NCBI GenBank assembly: GCA_017656235.1
Contig: JACDOF010000016.1
Coordinates: 126-64,125, forward strand
DNA: 64,000 bases
Source of the DNA: Brevibacillus sp.
GTDB taxonomy: Bacteria; Bacillota; Bacilli; Brevibacillales; Brevibacillaceae
Reading direction: 5' to 3'
Positions within the stretch are counted from its first letter, which is position 1. Each line of letters begins with the position of its first letter. Shown piece by piece: positions 47,926 through 59,466 of the stretch. The translations under genes and the position numbers were made by a program. The notes below the pieces were generated by a model. That model was not told the origin of the DNA, made no database searches, and was given only the letters and a program-made list of their open reading frames with translations.

Positions 47926-48111
47926 ATGGCGAAGTTGCAAATCACCCTCAAGCGTAGTCTGATTGGCCGCCCGGCCGATCAGCGGGCAACGGTTAAAGCC
48001 CTCGGTCTGCGCAAGCTGAACCATACCGTTGTAAAAGAAGACAACCCGGCGATGCGTGGGATGATCTTTAAAGTGAAACACCTGGTCGAGGTAAAGGAAA
48101 TCGAGGCATAA
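47926..48111 (+). CDS. rpmD: 50S ribosomal protein L30
   Basis: [19 protein letters not shown]. Confidence 0.96.
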   Translation: MAKLQITLKRSLIGRPADQRATVKALGLRKLNHTVVKEDNPAMRGMIFKVKHLVEVKEIEA

Positions 48112-48143
48112 ATCCAGAATCTGTTTGTTAGGAGGTGCAACGC

Positions 48144-48584
48144 ATGAAATTGCATGAACTGAAGCCAGCAGAAGGTTCCCGCCACACCCGCAAGCGCGTA
48201 GGGCGCGGTATCGGAAGTGGTACGGGTAAAACCGCGGGAAGAGGGCATAAAGGGCAAAAAGCACGTTCCGGCGGCGGAGTACGTCCTGGTTTCGAGGGTG
48301 GTCAAAACCCTCTGTATCGTCGTCTGCCGAAGCGCGGCTTTACCAACATCAATCGCAAAGAGTACGCGATTGTCAGCCTGGACGCCCTGAACCGCTTTGA
48401 AGAAGGAACCGTTGTGACTCCCGAACTGCTGAAAGAAACCGGCGTCATCAGTGCGCTGCGCGATGGCGTGAAAGTTCTTGCCAATGGTGAATTGAACGTG
48501 AAGCTGACGGTAAAAGCTCACAAGTTCTCTGCTTCGGCTGCCGAGAAGATCGCTCAAGTCGGCGGAACAGCAGAGGTGATCTAA
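48144..48584 (+). CDS. rplO: 50S ribosomal protein L15
   Basis: [20 protein letters not shown]. Confidence 0.98.
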   Translation: MKLHELKPAEGSRHTRKRVGRGIGSGTGKTAGRGHKGQKARSGGGVRPGFEGGQNPLYRRLPKRGFTNINRKEYAIVSLDALNRFEEGTVVTPELLKETGVISALRDGVKVLANGELNVKLTVKAHKFSASAAEKIAQVGGTAEVI

Positions 48585-49885
48585 TGTTAGGGAGTCTCTC
48601 CAACATCTTTAAAATAGGCGACTTGCGTCGAAAGGTACTGTTTACCCTTTTGATGCTGGTCGTCTTCCGAATTGGAAGCTTTGTTCCCGTTCCCAATGTA
48701 AATGTGGACCTGCTGAAACAGGCGGGAGAAAGCAACAACTTCCTTGGCCTGTTGAACACTTTTTCAGGAGGGGCGCTTGCCAACTTCTCCATTTTTGCGA
48801 TGGGGATCATGCCTTACATCACGGCATCAATCATCATGCAGCTTCTCTCGATGGACGTCGTGCCCAAGTTTACGCAGTGGGCACGCGAGGGGGAGGTTGG
48901 CCGTCGCAAGATTGCGCAGGTGACGCGCTACGGAACCATTTTGTTGGGACTGGTTCAATCGATCGGCATGACCATTGGCTTTAACCGGTTGTATCCTGGT
49001 TTGTTAAATGACACGTCAGTCGGCAGTTATGCCTTAATCGCCCTGACCTTAACGGCAGGAACCGCCTTTTTGATGTGGCTTGGCGAACAAATCACGGAAA
49101 AGGGAATTGGCAACGGCATTTCCATCCTGATTATGGCCGGGATTGTCGCCGGAATTCCGACAGGCGTCACGACGATTGCCGCATCCCAGTTCACCGACGC
49201 GGGGAACCAGCTGTTCTTTACGATCATGAAGCTCGTGCTGATCGTTCTGGTAATCGTGGCGCTGGTTGTCGGGGTTATCTACATCCAACAGGCCATTCGG
49301 AAAATCCCGGTGCAGTATGCAAAGCGGGTGGTTGGCCGCAAGATGTACGGCGGACAGTCCACGCACATTCCGTTGAAGGTTAACTCTGCTGGAGTGATAC
49401 CGGTCATCTTCGCCATTTCGCTGGTGATATTCCCGGCGACGGTTGCAAGTTTTTGGGCGGATAATTCCGGTCAAGGCATTGCGAACTGGATCTATCAGAA
49501 CTTCCAGGTGAATGCTCCGCTTGGGATGACACTGTATGCGATCCTGATCATCGGGTTTACCTACTTCTATACGTTTGTGCAGATTAACCCCGTGCAGATG
49601 GCGGAGAACATGCGCAAGAACGGCGGCTATATCCCGGGGATACGTCCTGGTAAAAACACGGAAGTGTACATTACCCGTACACTCAACCGCCTCACGTTGG
49701 CTGGTGCGTTATTCCTGACCTTCATTTCCATTCTGCCGTTCTTCTTCAGTAAGTTGGCTGATTTGCCGCAGTCGATCTACATCGGAGGAACCTCTCTTCT
49801 GATCGTAATCGGCGTTTCGCTTGATACGATGAAGCAAATCGAAAGCCAGATGATCAAACGCCATTACAAAGGCTTTATCAAATAA
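48584..49885 (+). CDS. secY: Preprotein translocase subunit SecY
   Basis: SIFAMGIMPYITASI, EKGIGNGISI, GYIPGIRPG, IGGTSLLI. Confidence 0.98.
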   Translation: MLGSLSNIFKIGDLRRKVLFTLLMLVVFRIGSFVPVPNVNVDLLKQAGESNNFLGLLNTFSGGALANFSIFAMGIMPYITASIIMQLLSMDVVPKFTQWAREGEVGRRKIAQVTRYGTILLGLVQSIGMTIGFNRLYPGLLNDTSVGSYALIALTLTAGTAFLMWLGEQITEKGIGNGISILIMAGIVAGIPTGVTTIAASQFTDAGNQLFFTIMKLVLIVLVIVALVVGVIYIQQAIRKIPVQYAKRVVGRKMYGGQSTHIPLKVNSAGVIPVIFAISLVIFPATVASFWADNSGQGIANWIYQNFQVNAPLGMTLYAILIIGFTYFYTFVQINPVQMAENMRKNGGYIPGIRPGKNTEVYITRTLNRLTLAGALFLTFISILPFFFSKLADLPQSIYIGGTSLLIVIGVSLDTMKQIESQMIKRHYKGFIK

Positions 49886-49895
49886 ACACGTTTGA

Positions 49896-50564
<669 letters not shown>

Positions 50565-50570
50565 ACGCGG

Positions 50571-51317
50571 ATGATAATCCTCAAATCAGCAGCGGAACTT
50601 GAGATCATGCGTGAAGCGGGGCGCATCGTAGCCTTGACGCATCAGGAGCTGGCCAAAGCGATTAAGCCGGGTGTTACCACAAAAGAGCTGGATGAACTGG
50701 CTGAGACCTTCATTCGCAGTAAAGGTGCGATTCCTTCTTTTAAGGGCTATGGTGGCTTTCCAGGCAGTATCTGTGCTTCAGTCAACGAGGAACTCGTACA
50801 CGGGATTCCAGGCAAACGGACGTTGCAAGAAGGAGATATTATCAGCATCGACATTGGTGCCCAGTTTCACGGGTATCACGGTGACTCCGCTTGGACGTAC
50901 GCGGTCGGCAAAATATCCGAAGAAGATCGCCTGCTAATGAGGGTAACGGAAGAGTCGTTGTACCGGGGGTTGGAGCAAGCTGCTCCGGGAGCACGTCTTT
51001 CCGACATCTCTCATGCCGTACAGGTACACGCTGAATCGCACGGATTCACGATTGTGCGTGAATACGTGGGGCACGGTATCGGGCAGAACCTGCACGAGGA
51101 CCCGCAGATTCCCAACTACGGACCGCCGGGACGCGGTCCGCGGTTGAAACCGGGAATGGTCCTGGCGATCGAACCGATGGTGAATGCCGGAGAACGTTAT
51201 GTCCGCACGCTGGAGGACAACTGGACGGTTGTGACGGTTGACGGCAAAAAGTGTGCGCATTACGAACACACCATCGCGATAACGGAAAATGGGTATGAGA
51301 TCTTGACGAGGCCGTAA
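50571..51317 (+). CDS. map: Type I methionine aminopeptidase
   Basis: HGIP, DIG..GDSA, GHGIG, IEPM, HYEHT. Confidence 0.97.
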   Translation: MIILKSAAELEIMREAGRIVALTHQELAKAIKPGVTTKELDELAETFIRSKGAIPSFKGYGGFPGSICASVNEELVHGIPGKRTLQEGDIISIDIGAQFHGYHGDSAWTYAVGKISEEDRLLMRVTEESLYRGLEQAAPGARLSDISHAVQVHAESHGFTIVREYVGHGIGQNLHEDPQIPNYGPPGRGPRLKPGMVLAIEPMVNAGERYVRTLEDNWTVVTVDGKKCAHYEHTIAITENGYEILTRP

Positions 51318-51362
51318 GTGAAAACATGGTCAGACTGAACACAGTGGAAAGGAGAGGTATCA

Positions 51363-51766
<404 letters not shown>

Positions 51767-51789
51767 ATCCAAGGAGGTGCTGATGCATA

Positions 51790-52158
51790 ATGGCACGTAT
51801 TGCAGGCGTTGACTTGCCTCGCGAAAAGCGCGTGGAAATCGCTTTGACCTACATTTACGGAATCGGTCGTTCCACGTCCCAAAAGATCCTTGCCGCGACC
51901 GGTGTGAATCCGGACACTCGCGTACGCGATCTGACGGAAGATGAAGTAAGCAAACTCCGCGATTATATCGACAAGAACGTGAGAGTAGAAGGGGATCTTC
52001 GCCGCGAAGTTTCCCTGAACATCAAACGGTTGATGGAGATCGGCTGCTACCGCGGAATCCGCCATCGTCGCGGTCTTCCTGTTCGCGGTCAACGGACGAA
52101 AACAAACGCACGTACGCGCAAAGGTCCGCGCCGTACCGTAGCGAACAAGAAAAAGTAA
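51790..52158 (+). CDS. rpsM: 30S ribosomal protein S13
   Basis: [27 protein letters not shown]. Confidence 0.98.
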   Translation: MARIAGVDLPREKRVEIALTYIYGIGRSTSQKILAATGVNPDTRVRDLTEDEVSKLRDYIDKNVRVEGDLRREVSLNIKRLMEIGCYRGIRHRRGLPVRGQRTKTNARTRKGPRRTVANKKK

Positions 52159-52174
52159 AGGAGGGTAAACTGAC

Positions 52175-52576
52175 ATGGCGAAAAGAAAGCAAGCGACTGC
52201 TACACGTACCCGTCGTCGTGATCGCAAAAACGTGGAAGTCGGTGTTGCGCACATCCGCTCCACTTTCAACAACACCATCGTTACTATCACGGACCCGCAT
52301 GGCAACGCCATTTCCTGGTCCAGTGCCGGTGCTCTCGGCTTCAAAGGCTCCCGCAAAAGTACGCCTTTTGCCGCACAAATGGCGGCTGAAGCTGCAGCCA
52401 AAGCGGCAATGGAACACGGCATGCGTGCCTGCGAAGTGCTCGTAAAAGGACCGGGCGCTGGTCGTGAAGCGGCCATTCGCTCTTTGCAAGCGGCAGGTTT
52501 GGAAGTTAACATGATCAAAGATGTTACCCCAATCCCGCACAACGGGTGCCGTCCGCCAAAACGTCGCCGCGTGTAG
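52175..52576 (+). CDS. rpsK: 30S ribosomal protein S11
   Basis: [19 protein letters not shown]. Confidence 0.98.
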   Translation: MAKRKQATATRTRRRDRKNVEVGVAHIRSTFNNTIVTITDPHGNAISWSSAGALGFKGSRKSTPFAAQMAAEAAAKAAMEHGMRACEVLVKGPGAGREAAIRSLQAAGLEVNMIKDVTPIPHNGCRPPKRRRV

Positions 52577-52735
52577 TCGGGTTTACGAAGTCCAGAACAT
52601 GTCCATACTAAAATGGTAGTTTCTGCATAATCGGCTTGACATGCACGCAACGGTAAACCGCCGAATGAAATTCCGCAGGTGGGCTGGATGCAGGCCCATC
52701 GGGAATTTCGACGTTTTGAAGGAGGGTTTGTTTAA

Positions 52736-53680
52736 ATGATAGAAATAGAAAAACCGAGAATCGAGGTTGTGGAAGTAAGCGACGACAATGCTTACGGCAA
52801 GTTCGTCGTTGAACCTCTTGAGCGTGGTTACGGTACAACCCTTGGCAATTCGCTCAGACGTATACTCCTATCCTCACTGCCGGGTGCGGCCGTTACCTCT
52901 GTACAGATTGACGGCGTGCTGCATGAATTCTCCACAGTAGAGGGAGTCGTGGAAGACGTAACCGAGCTGATTCTCAACATCAAGGGTCTTGCCCTAAAGA
53001 TCCACTCGGATGAAGAGAAGATTCTGGAGATCGACGCAGAGGGAGAAGGAGTCGTCAAGGCGGGTGATATACGAGCTGATAGCGACGTGGAGATCTTGAA
53101 CCCTGATCTGCACATCGCTACGTTGGCAAGCGGCGGTCGTCTGCACATTCGCATGACAGCCGGTCGCGGTCGTGGATATGTTCAAGCGGACGGAAACAAG
53201 ACGGAAGATCAGCCGATCGGGGTGATTCCGATCGACTCGATCTACACTCCAATCAAGCGCGTGAACTATCAAGTGGAAAACACCCGCGTCGGGCAAATGA
53301 CGAACTACGACAAACTGACCTTGGAAGTTTGGACAAATGGCAGCATCAGTCCGGAAGAGGCAGTAAGTCTGGGTGCTAAGATCATGACCGAGCATCTGAA
53401 TCTGTTCGTCGGTCTGACTGACGAAGCAAAAGATGCGGAGATCATGGTGGAAAAAGAAGAGGACAAGAAAGAAAAAGTTCTGGAGATGACGATCGAAGAA
53501 CTGGATCTCTCTGTCCGTTCCTACAACTGCTTGAAGCGTGCCGGCATCAACACGGTTCAGGAGTTGACCCAAAAGTCGGAAGAAGACATGATGAAAGTGC
53601 GCAACCTCGGCCGAAAATCCCTGGAGGAAGTACAGGAAAAACTGGCTGAGTTGGGACTTTCCCTGCGCAGCGACGACTAG
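52736..53680 (+). CDS. rpoA: RNA polymerase alpha subunit
   Basis: [31 protein letters not shown]. Confidence 0.99.
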   Translation: MIEIEKPRIEVVEVSDDNAYGKFVVEPLERGYGTTLGNSLRRILLSSLPGAAVTSVQIDGVLHEFSTVEGVVEDVTELILNIKGLALKIHSDEEKILEIDAEGEGVVKAGDIRADSDVEILNPDLHIATLASGGRLHIRMTAGRGRGYVQADGNKTEDQPIGVIPIDSIYTPIKRVNYQVENTRVGQMTNYDKLTLEVWTNGSISPEEAVSLGAKIMTEHLNLFVGLTDEAKDAEIMVEKEEDKKEKVLEMTIEELDLSVRSYNCLKRAGINTVQELTQKSEEDMMKVRNLGRKSLEEVQEKLAELGLSLRSDD

Positions 53681-53709
53681 TACGAGACTGGAGCAAGGAG
53701 GTAGGAGAC

Positions 53710-54072
53710 ATGGCATACCGGAAATTGGGTCGCAGATCGGCTGCTCGCAAAGCGTTGTTCCGCGACTTGGTGACGGACCTGATCATAAACGAGCGCATTG
53801 AAACCACGGAATCCAAGGCAAAGGAACTGCGCTCGATCGCAGAAAAAATGATTACGCTGGCAAAACGCGGTGATCTGCACGCACGCCGTCAAGTGGCCGC
53901 TTTCGTACGCAAAGAAACAGCGACGGAAGAAGGGCGTGACGCTGTACAAAAACTGTTCAACGACATCGCGCCGCGCTATGCTGAACGCAACGGAGGATAC
54001 ACCCGCATCCTCAAAATTGGTCCTCGCCGTGGCGACGCTGCACCAATGGCATATCTGGAATTCGTTGAATAG
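53710..54072 (+). CDS. rplQ: 50S ribosomal protein L17
   Basis: [20 protein letters not shown]. Confidence 0.98.
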   Translation: MAYRKLGRRSAARKALFRDLVTDLIINERIETTESKAKELRSIAEKMITLAKRGDLHARRQVAAFVRKETATEEGRDAVQKLFNDIAPRYAERNGGYTRILKIGPRRGDAAPMAYLEFVE

Positions 54073-54139
54073 TTCGTTGTAACGGTTATATGGAGATGAT
54101 GGAAGAAAACGTCGCGACGTTTTCTTTTGAATCAGGGTG

Positions 54140-54187
54140 AGGGCAGAGTCTGGTCAATGGCTCGATTCATGCCCTTTTTTTCTTTTT
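54140..54187 (+). terminator. Probable terminator ending the alpha operon
   Basis: AGGGCA...TGCCCT stem followed by TTTTTTCTTTTT. Confidence 0.55.
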
Positions 54188-54212
54188 CACCGTACAAGGA
54201 TGTGAGGACCGG

Positions 54213-55067
54213 TTGAGCCAGTCTGACGTGATAGAAGCCAAACAGGTATCGTTTCGATATGAAGAGGGGCAGGAAAAGGAAGGTCCACTAGTCTTGAACC
54301 AGCTGGATCTGGTCATTGAGCGCGGTTCGTTTGTATCTGTCCTGGGACCGAACGGCTCCGGCAAATCGACGCTGGCCAAACTGTTGAATGCCCTGCTGGT
54401 CCCAACCGAAGGTGTACTGATCGTTTGCGGTGTGGACAGCAGCGAGGAAGAGATGGTCTGGGAGGTTCGCCGACAGGTGGGAATGGTGTTTCAAAATCCC
54501 GACAACCAGATCGTTGCCCCGACAGTGGTGGACGATGTGGCTTTCGGCTTGGAAAACCTCGGGGTAGAGCCGGCGGAAATGGAAAAACGCATTGCCGAGG
54601 CGCTGCAGGCGGTTCAGATGGAGAAGTATGCGGAGGCTCAACCCCACCACTTATCGGGTGGACAGAAGCAGCGGGTGGCGATTGCCGGGATTATTGCGAT
54701 GCGTCCCCGTGTCATCATCTTCGACGAGGCGACCGCCATGCTCGACCCGCAGGGGCGCCAGGAGGTTGTCGCCATGGCGCACCGTCTCCATCGGGAAGAG
54801 GGGATTACGGTCATCATGATTACCCACTTTCCTGAGGAGACGGTGGACAGCGACCGGGTAATCGTCATGCATCAGGGCAGGATTTATGCTGACGGCTCTC
54901 CGGCAGTTGTGTTTGCCGATGTGGAGCGGCTGCGCAGCATCGGGCTGGACGTTCCCTACCCCGTCCGGCTGCGTCACAAACTGCTTCAACATGGGCTGGA
55001 CGTGTCGGCTGTGCTGCATCAGGACGAGTTGGTGGAGGAGCTATGCAGATTGCTTTTGAACAAGTAA
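54213..55067 (+). CDS. ecfA1: ECF transporter ATPase A1
   Basis: GPNGSGKST, VFQNPDNQ, LSGGQKQR, DEATAMLDP. Confidence 0.93.
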   Translation: MSQSDVIEAKQVSFRYEEGQEKEGPLVLNQLDLVIERGSFVSVLGPNGSGKSTLAKLLNALLVPTEGVLIVCGVDSSEEEMVWEVRRQVGMVFQNPDNQIVAPTVVDDVAFGLENLGVEPAEMEKRIAEALQAVQMEKYAEAQPHHLSGGQKQRVAIAGIIAMRPRVIIFDEATAMLDPQGRQEVVAMAHRLHREEGITVIMITHFPEETVDSDRVIVMHQGRIYADGSPAVVFADVERLRSIGLDVPYPVRLRHKLLQHGLDVSAVLHQDELVEELCRLLLNK

Positions 55068-55921
55068 GCCACATATATGGAAGGGGAACTCCCTTTGAGA
55101 AGCGGGCACTTGACAATGTATCGCTGAACATTCCTTCCGGTTCCTATGTAGGAATAATCGGCCAAACCGGGTCAGGTAAGTCGACATTGATTCAACACCT
55201 GAATGGTTTGCTCAAGCCCACCTCTGGCAAGATCAGGGTGGGAGAGTGGACCATTACGCCGGAGACCAAGCAGACCCTCGAACTGCGCAAGCGTGTCGGG
55301 CTTGTCTTCCAGTATCCGGAACACCAGTTATTCGAAGAGACGGTCCTTAAGGATGTCGCGTTTGGGCCGCGAAACCTCGGGTTGCCGGAGGAAATGGCAC
55401 TGCTTCGCGCAAGAGAAGCGCTGGAGGTTGTGGGCCTCGCATATGAAGAGTGGAAGGATCGCTCACCGTTTCAACTGAGCGGCGGTCAGATGAGGCGAGT
55501 CGCCATCGCCGGCGTCCTGGCCATGCAGCCGCAAATCCTGATCCTGGATGAACCGACGGCCGGATTGGATCCGGCGGGTCGCCGGGAGATTCTGGAGGCC
55601 ATCTACCGCATCCACAAGGAGCAGAAGATGACGACGCTGCTGGTAACCCACAGCATGGAAGAAGCCGCTCGTTACGCGGATTGGCTGATTGTAATGGCGG
55701 CGGGGCGGATTGCCCTCTCGGGAACACCGGCAGAAGTGTTCGCCCAGGCAGATCGATTGCGGCAGCTATCCCTCGATGTGCCCAATACGGTTGCCCTTAT
55801 TCATAAACTAAACGAACGGCTGCCTGAGGAATACAAACTGCCGCTTCATCTCTATCGAGAAGAAGAACTGGAGGCATATCTTTTACAGCGGCTGAGCGGT
55901 GTGAAGGAGGGAACGCGATGA
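55043..55921 (+). CDS. ecfA2: ECF transporter ATPase A2
   Basis: GQTGSGKST, FQYPEHQLF, LSGGQMRR. Confidence 0.93.
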   Translation: MQIAFEQVSHIYGRGTPFEKRALDNVSLNIPSGSYVGIIGQTGSGKSTLIQHLNGLLKPTSGKIRVGEWTITPETKQTLELRKRVGLVFQYPEHQLFEETVLKDVAFGPRNLGLPEEMALLRAREALEVVGLAYEEWKDRSPFQLSGGQMRRVAIAGVLAMQPQILILDEPTAGLDPAGRREILEAIYRIHKEQKMTTLLVTHSMEEAARYADWLIVMAAGRIALSGTPAEVFAQADRLRQLSLDVPNTVALIHKLNERLPEEYKLPLHLYREEELEAYLLQRLSGVKEGTR

Positions 55922-56721
55922 GTGTGCTGCAGAATTTTGCAATCGGTCAGTACCTTCCCGGAGAATCCCTGCTGCACCGGCTCGACCCGCGCAGCAAACT
56001 GGTTTTTGTGTTTGCGTTTGCCTTTTTTGTTTTCATGGCCAACAACGGGCCTACGTATGCCATATTGTGCGTCTTTATGGTCATTGCCACCATCGCCGCG
56101 CGCATTTCCGTCTCGTATTTGCTGCGGGGGTTGAAACCGGTATGGTTTCTCATCCTGTTAACCGCTGTCATACACTTGTTTATGACCAAGGGGGGCGCGG
56201 TTTACCTTCAATGGGACTGGGTTACCGTTGAAGAGCAAGGCGTGCGCCAGGCGATGTTCATGTCGATGAGGTTGGCCCTGCTGGTCCTGATTGGCTCGCT
56301 GTTGACGCTCACCACATCGCCGCTCGATTTGACGGAGGGGATGGAGCGTCTGCTGGCTCCCTTGCGAAAGCTGGGAGTGCCGGTACATGAGATTGCGTTG
56401 ATGCTCTCGATCGCGCTGCGCTTTATTCCAACGCTGTTGGAGGAGACGGACAAGATCATCAAGGCACAGACCTCGCGCGGTGCCAACCTGGACAGCGGCA
56501 ACCTGCTGACGCGGGCCCGCAACCTGGTTGCCATCGTGGTGCCGTTGTTCATCAGTGCGTTTCGCCGGGCCGATGAACTGGCGCTGGCGATGGAAGCGCG
56601 CGGGTATCGGGGGGGAGCGGGGCGCACCAGGCGCAAACAGCTTCGATTTACCTGGCGTGACGGTCTGTTGGCATTTGTGGCCGTTTTGCTTGCCGGATCG
56701 TTGGGATGGTGGAGAGCATGA
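55918..56721 (+). CDS. ecfT: ECF transporter transmembrane component T
   Basis: LDPRSK, ALRFIPTL, AQTSRG, AMEARGY. Confidence 0.93.
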   Translation: MSVLQNFAIGQYLPGESLLHRLDPRSKLVFVFAFAFFVFMANNGPTYAILCVFMVIATIAARISVSYLLRGLKPVWFLILLTAVIHLFMTKGGAVYLQWDWVTVEEQGVRQAMFMSMRLALLVLIGSLLTLTTSPLDLTEGMERLLAPLRKLGVPVHEIALMLSIALRFIPTLLEETDKIIKAQTSRGANLDSGNLLTRARNLVAIVVPLFISAFRRADELALAMEARGYRGGAGRTRRKQLRFTWRDGLLAFVAVLLAGSLGWWRA

Positions 56722-57452
56722 GACGTCTGAAATGTCTGGTTGCCTACGACGGAACCGATTACAGCGGCTTTCAGGTTCAGCCGGATCAGGTGACGGTTCA
56801 GGGCGAGATTGAGGCTGCAATCAAGCGAATTACCGGCGAGACGGTACAAATTGTCGGCTCCGGCCGGACAGACGCTGGCGTGCACGCCCGGGGTCAAGTG
56901 TTTCACTTTGATACGGCGAGCAAGGTGCCGCTGGAGAAATGGGCATTCATTCTCAACAACCAACTTCCCGAAGCGATCGTCATCCGCTCGGTAGAGCAGG
57001 TGGAGCCAACCTTTCACGCTCGTTTTGATGTAAAGCAGAAAGAGTATCGTTACTGCATCGACAACGGCCCGGTTCCCGACGTCTTCTTTCATCGGTACGC
57101 CGATCACATCCGCCATCCTCTTGACCTGGAGCGGATGAGGCGGGCGGCCCGCTACCTGGTGGGCGAACACGACTTTACCTCGTTTTGTTCGGCGAAAACC
57201 TTTGTCGAGGACAAGGTACGGACCATCTACCGGCTGGAGGTGGAGCGGGACGGGCAGATGATTTGGGTGATCTGTCGAGGGAACGGCTTTTTGTACAACA
57301 TGGTGCGGATCATCGTGGGCACACTGGTGGAAGTGGGACAGAACAAGCGGGACCCGGATGAAATCCCGGAAATACTGGCTGCCTGTGACCGGGAGAAGGC
57401 GGGAAAAACAGCACCCGCCAAGGGCTTGACGATGTGGGAGGTTGCCTACTAA
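56718..57452 (+). CDS. truA: tRNA pseudouridine(38-40) synthase
   Basis: YDGTDYSGFQ, GRTDAGVHA, FLYNMVRII. Confidence 0.97.
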   Translation: MRRLKCLVAYDGTDYSGFQVQPDQVTVQGEIEAAIKRITGETVQIVGSGRTDAGVHARGQVFHFDTASKVPLEKWAFILNNQLPEAIVIRSVEQVEPTFHARFDVKQKEYRYCIDNGPVPDVFFHRYADHIRHPLDLERMRRAARYLVGEHDFTSFCSAKTFVEDKVRTIYRLEVERDGQMIWVICRGNGFLYNMVRIIVGTLVEVGQNKRDPDEIPEILAACDREKAGKTAPAKGLTMWEVAY

Positions 57453-57470
57453 CCCTGTTCAAGTTTTCCC

Positions 57471-57499
57471 TTGACTCTGCAATCCCGATATAGTACGAT
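57471..57499 (+). promoter_or_regulatory. SigA promoter of rplM-rpsI
   Basis: TTGACT - 17 nt - TACGAT. Confidence 0.7.
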
Positions 57500-57505
57500 A
57501 AACAT

Positions 57506-57650
57506 TGGTATTTTCATACCCCGCTAGCCCCACTCTAGCCCCGGGATTGAAAAACATGTTGTTCGTAAATGGATACACAAGGGTAAGTTGTTCAAGGATC
57601 GTGAAGAAGGAACAGCAGACGCCCTGATGCAACCGTACGATCATTAGGAG
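57506..57650 (+). promoter_or_regulatory. L13 leader
   Basis: Leader with GGTAT..ATACC hairpin and TAGCCCCGG motif upstream of rplM; boundaries approximate. Confidence 0.55.
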
Positions 57651-57658
57651 GGACATTC

Positions 57659-58096
57659 ATGCGTACCACATATATGGCAAAGCCGCTGGAAGTTGAGCGT
57701 AAATGGTACATCGTTGACGCAGCAGGCCAAACGCTCGGACGCCTGGCAAGTGAAGTAGCTTCCATCCTGCGCGGCAAGCACAAACCGGAATTCACGCCAC
57801 ATGTAGATACTGGCGATTTTGTCATTGTCATCAATGCGGACAAGGTGAAACTGACTGGAAAAAAACTGTCCGACAAAATCTACTATCGCCACTCCCAGTA
57901 CCCGGGTGGTTTGAAAGCCACCACTGCCGGGGACATGTTGAAAAACCGTCCGGAGCGCATGTTTGAACTGGCGGTAAAAGGGATGCTGCCGAAAAACAGC
58001 TTGGGACGCCAAATGTTCACCAAGTTGAAAGTATACGCTGGATCGGAGCATCCGCACGAAGCACAAAAACCGGAAGTATGGCAAATCCGCGGTTAA
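57659..58096 (+). CDS. rplM: 50S ribosomal protein L13
   Basis: [24 protein letters not shown]. Confidence 0.98.
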   Translation: MRTTYMAKPLEVERKWYIVDAAGQTLGRLASEVASILRGKHKPEFTPHVDTGDFVIVINADKVKLTGKKLSDKIYYRHSQYPGGLKATTAGDMLKNRPERMFELAVKGMLPKNSLGRQMFTKLKVYAGSEHPHEAQKPEVWQIRG

Positions 58097-58119
58097 TTAA
58101 GTAAGGGAGGAAAAGACTC

Positions 58120-58512
58120 GTGGCACAAGTTCAATACTACGGCACCGGTCGTCGCAAGCACTCTGTCGCACGTGTACGCTTGGTACCGGGTGAAGGCCGT
58201 ATCGTGATCAACAAGCGTGACATGGATGACTACTTTGGTTTGGAAACGTTGAAACTGATCGTAAAACAACCGCTCGTGCTCACCGACACGATCGGTCGTT
58301 ACGACGTCTTGGTTAATGTATCTGGTGGTGGAACCACGGGACAGGCTGGCGCTATCCGCCACGGCGTTGCCCGCGCCCTGCTGAAAGCAGATCCGGAACT
58401 GCGCGGTCCGCTGAAGCGTGCCGGATTCCTGACTCGTGATCCGCGTATGAAAGAGCGCAAAAAGTACGGGCTCAAGGCAGCACGTCGTGCACCGCAATTC
58501 TCCAAGCGTTAA
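58120..58512 (+). CDS. rpsI: 30S ribosomal protein S9
   Basis: [21 protein letters not shown]. Confidence 0.98.
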   Translation: MAQVQYYGTGRRKHSVARVRLVPGEGRIVINKRDMDDYFGLETLKLIVKQPLVLTDTIGRYDVLVNVSGGGTTGQAGAIRHGVARALLKADPELRGPLKRAGFLTRDPRMKERKKYGLKAARRAPQFSKR

Positions 58513-58526
58513 TCGCCCTGGGATGC

Positions 58527-58560
58527 AACCCCTTGTCTCTTCGGAGGCAGGGGGTTTTCT
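58527..58560 (+). terminator. Terminator after rpsI
   Basis: AACCCCTTGTCTC-TTCG-GAGGCAGGGGGTT followed by T residues. Confidence 0.85.
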
Positions 58561-58588
58561 TATGCTCGAAACGACTGATCGCACGCAG

Positions 58589-58617
58589 TCATATTTTGTC
58601 CATCCCCCCCATATGAT
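58589..58617 (+). promoter_or_regulatory. SigE promoter of cwlD
   Basis: TCATATT - 14 nt - CATATGAT matches the mother-cell sigma-E consensus. Confidence 0.8.
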
Positions 58618-58649
58618 GTGAAAGACATGGGGACAAAGGGGCGGTCGAT

Positions 58650-59384
58650 ATGACGAAAAAAGCAGCCAGTTGGCTCACTGCTTTTCTGTTCTTGCTCCTG
58701 CTCTTTACATACAAAATACCCGATTACTCCTCCTGGTCGACATGGACACTGCCGCTGGCCGGTACGGTTATTGCGATTGATCCCGGCCATGGCGGAGCAG
58801 ATGGCGGAGCCGTCAGCAAGGACGGAAAAGTAGTGGAAAAAGAAGTGACTCTGCCGATCAGTCTGTACCTGCGTGATTTTCTGCAGCAGTCCGGGGCCTT
58901 AGTGATCATGACCAGAGAAGAAGACAAAGATCTGGCTACCCCCCAGGCTGAACGTGAGGGGAAGCGAAAATCGGTCGACATTCGCAACCGCGTCAAGTTC
59001 GTCAATGAACATTCGCCTGATTTTTTGATCAGCATACACCTGAACTCGTTTCCGTCGTCAAGGTGGAAGGGAGCGCAAACCTTTTACTACCCAGGTTTTA
59101 AGGAAAGCGCTGACATGGCGTACCTGATCCAGGATGAAATCAGGAGAGTGTTGGATAATACAGATCGGTTCCCCCAAAAAACGGACGACATCTTTTTGAT
59201 CCGGGAGGTTCAATGCCCGTCCGTGCTGGTGGAAGTAGGGTTCCTGTCCAACCCGGATGAAGCCCGCCGCCTGGATTCGCCCGAGTACCAGAAGGCAATG
59301 GCCAATGCCATCTATCAGGGAATCCTGCGCCATTTTGCGGGAGAAAAACCACCGGCGGCCCCCGGCCATCCGTCAGGCACATGA
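58650..59384 (+). CDS. cwlD: Spore cortex N-acetylmuramoyl-L-alanine amidase CwlD
   Basis: N-terminal membrane anchor; IDPGHGG.DGGA, EK, SIHLN, VEVGFLSN; synteny. Confidence 0.92.
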   Translation: MTKKAASWLTAFLFLLLLFTYKIPDYSSWSTWTLPLAGTVIAIDPGHGGADGGAVSKDGKVVEKEVTLPISLYLRDFLQQSGALVIMTREEDKDLATPQAEREGKRKSVDIRNRVKFVNEHSPDFLISIHLNSFPSSRWKGAQTFYYPGFKESADMAYLIQDEIRRVLDNTDRFPQKTDDIFLIREVQCPSVLVEVGFLSNPDEARRLDSPEYQKAMANAIYQGILRHFAGEKPPAAPGHPSGT

Positions 59385-59466
59385 TAAACTGTGAGCATCA
59401 CTGTGGGTATGCTATAATGAACGCGAAATGAGGTGCTGATTGGAACCTACATAAAGGGGTGTCAGG

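Noticed and set aside
51318-51362. No KOW-domain gene (ybzG-like) between map and infA
   Set aside because: The 45-nt spacer shows no remnant; presence of this gene varies among Firmicutes, so its absence says little.
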